A stretch of 63,952 bases of DNA, filler included, from Pirum gemmata (taxonomy: Eukaryota): the NCBI GenBank assembly GCA_002812295.1. It is 13 parts of 13 records of this genome, joined end to end, with 100 filler letters (N's around TTAATTAATTAA, not from the genome) between each part and the next. Parts side by side here need not be neighbours in the genome. Positions count along the whole stretch, not along the records: positions 59,764 to 63,952 come from PDIN01001127.1; 12 more parts are not named here. One strand, 5' to 3'. Both the position numbers and the translations under genes were made by a program. Below the pieces are notes generated by a model. The model saw only the letters and a list, made by a program, of their open reading frames with translations. It was not told where the DNA came from and searched no databases. Below, one piece after another: positions 63,396 through 63,952 of the stretch (positions within the stretch are counted from its first letter, which is position 1; each line of letters opens with the position of its first letter).

Positions 63396-63952
63396 AATCA
63401 AAATTTCATTGAAGAGTGGTCCGGTTTCTATCAAAGGGTTCAGTGAGTTATAAAAGGGTGTTTATATAATGTTATATATTTAATAAATATATATCGATTA
63501 GTTAAATTATTGATAAAAGAATCAAATAATATCAATTAATGACAAGATTTGTTTTATAATACTTATGATTGTTATTAAAAAAATCAGTTAATATCAATTA
63601 ATATTATTTAATAATAAGATTTATAATAATAATAAGATTTATTTTATATTATTTATTAATATAATATATAAATGATTATGCGGTTTTATATTTTAAATAA
63701 GATACAATTATATATTATGAATGTATAATATGAAGTTATTATCGTCTATTTCGATTACAGTTGTTCTCTCAATCTTTAATTTCGTACTGTTTATGTGTAT
63801 AATTGAACTTTTTTATAAAATAAAAACATTTTAAGTATGTTTATTTCAGTTTTTAAAAACTAGACAACACTATTGAAAAACACAATAGTAGAAAGTGTTT
63901 CATTATATTATGTTGTAAAATAATATCAATTTGATATTTAGCAGTTTAATTA

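Overview
AT-rich, intron-containing eukaryotic DNA. The window is a concatenation of short contigs or scaffolds, mostly about 4.5 kb, joined by twelve artificial 100-bp linkers (44 N + TTAATTAATTAA + 44 N), so gene neighbourhood across linkers means nothing. The organism cannot be named. TTAGGG repeats and a receptor tail full of YxN/NPxY motifs would fit a unicellular holozoan, but that is inference. Recognisable, mostly partial genes: PP2A catalytic subunit, TAF8, PGM3, an AAAP amino-acid transporter, a TauD-type dioxygenase, a ubiquitin-domain protein, an LRR single-pass receptor, PSFG-repeat and FG/RGG/CCHC exons that probably belong to one gene, an 855-aa secreted protein and an Asn/Thr repeat protein. 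Non-coding DNA is dominated by about 8 families of short inverted-repeat elements (several with 3-, 7- or 8-bp target-site duplications), interstitial (CCCTAA)n arrays, CTAG-rich tracts and long hairpins. Most notable: a 188-bp GC-balanced insertion that cleanly splits a MITE terminal repeat, a giant-virus-like zinc-ribbon reading frame, a decayed intronless LRR/GNAT-like tract, and 30-40 bp hairpin elements with 7-bp TSDs. All family assignments are from motif recognition by eye; no database search was run.
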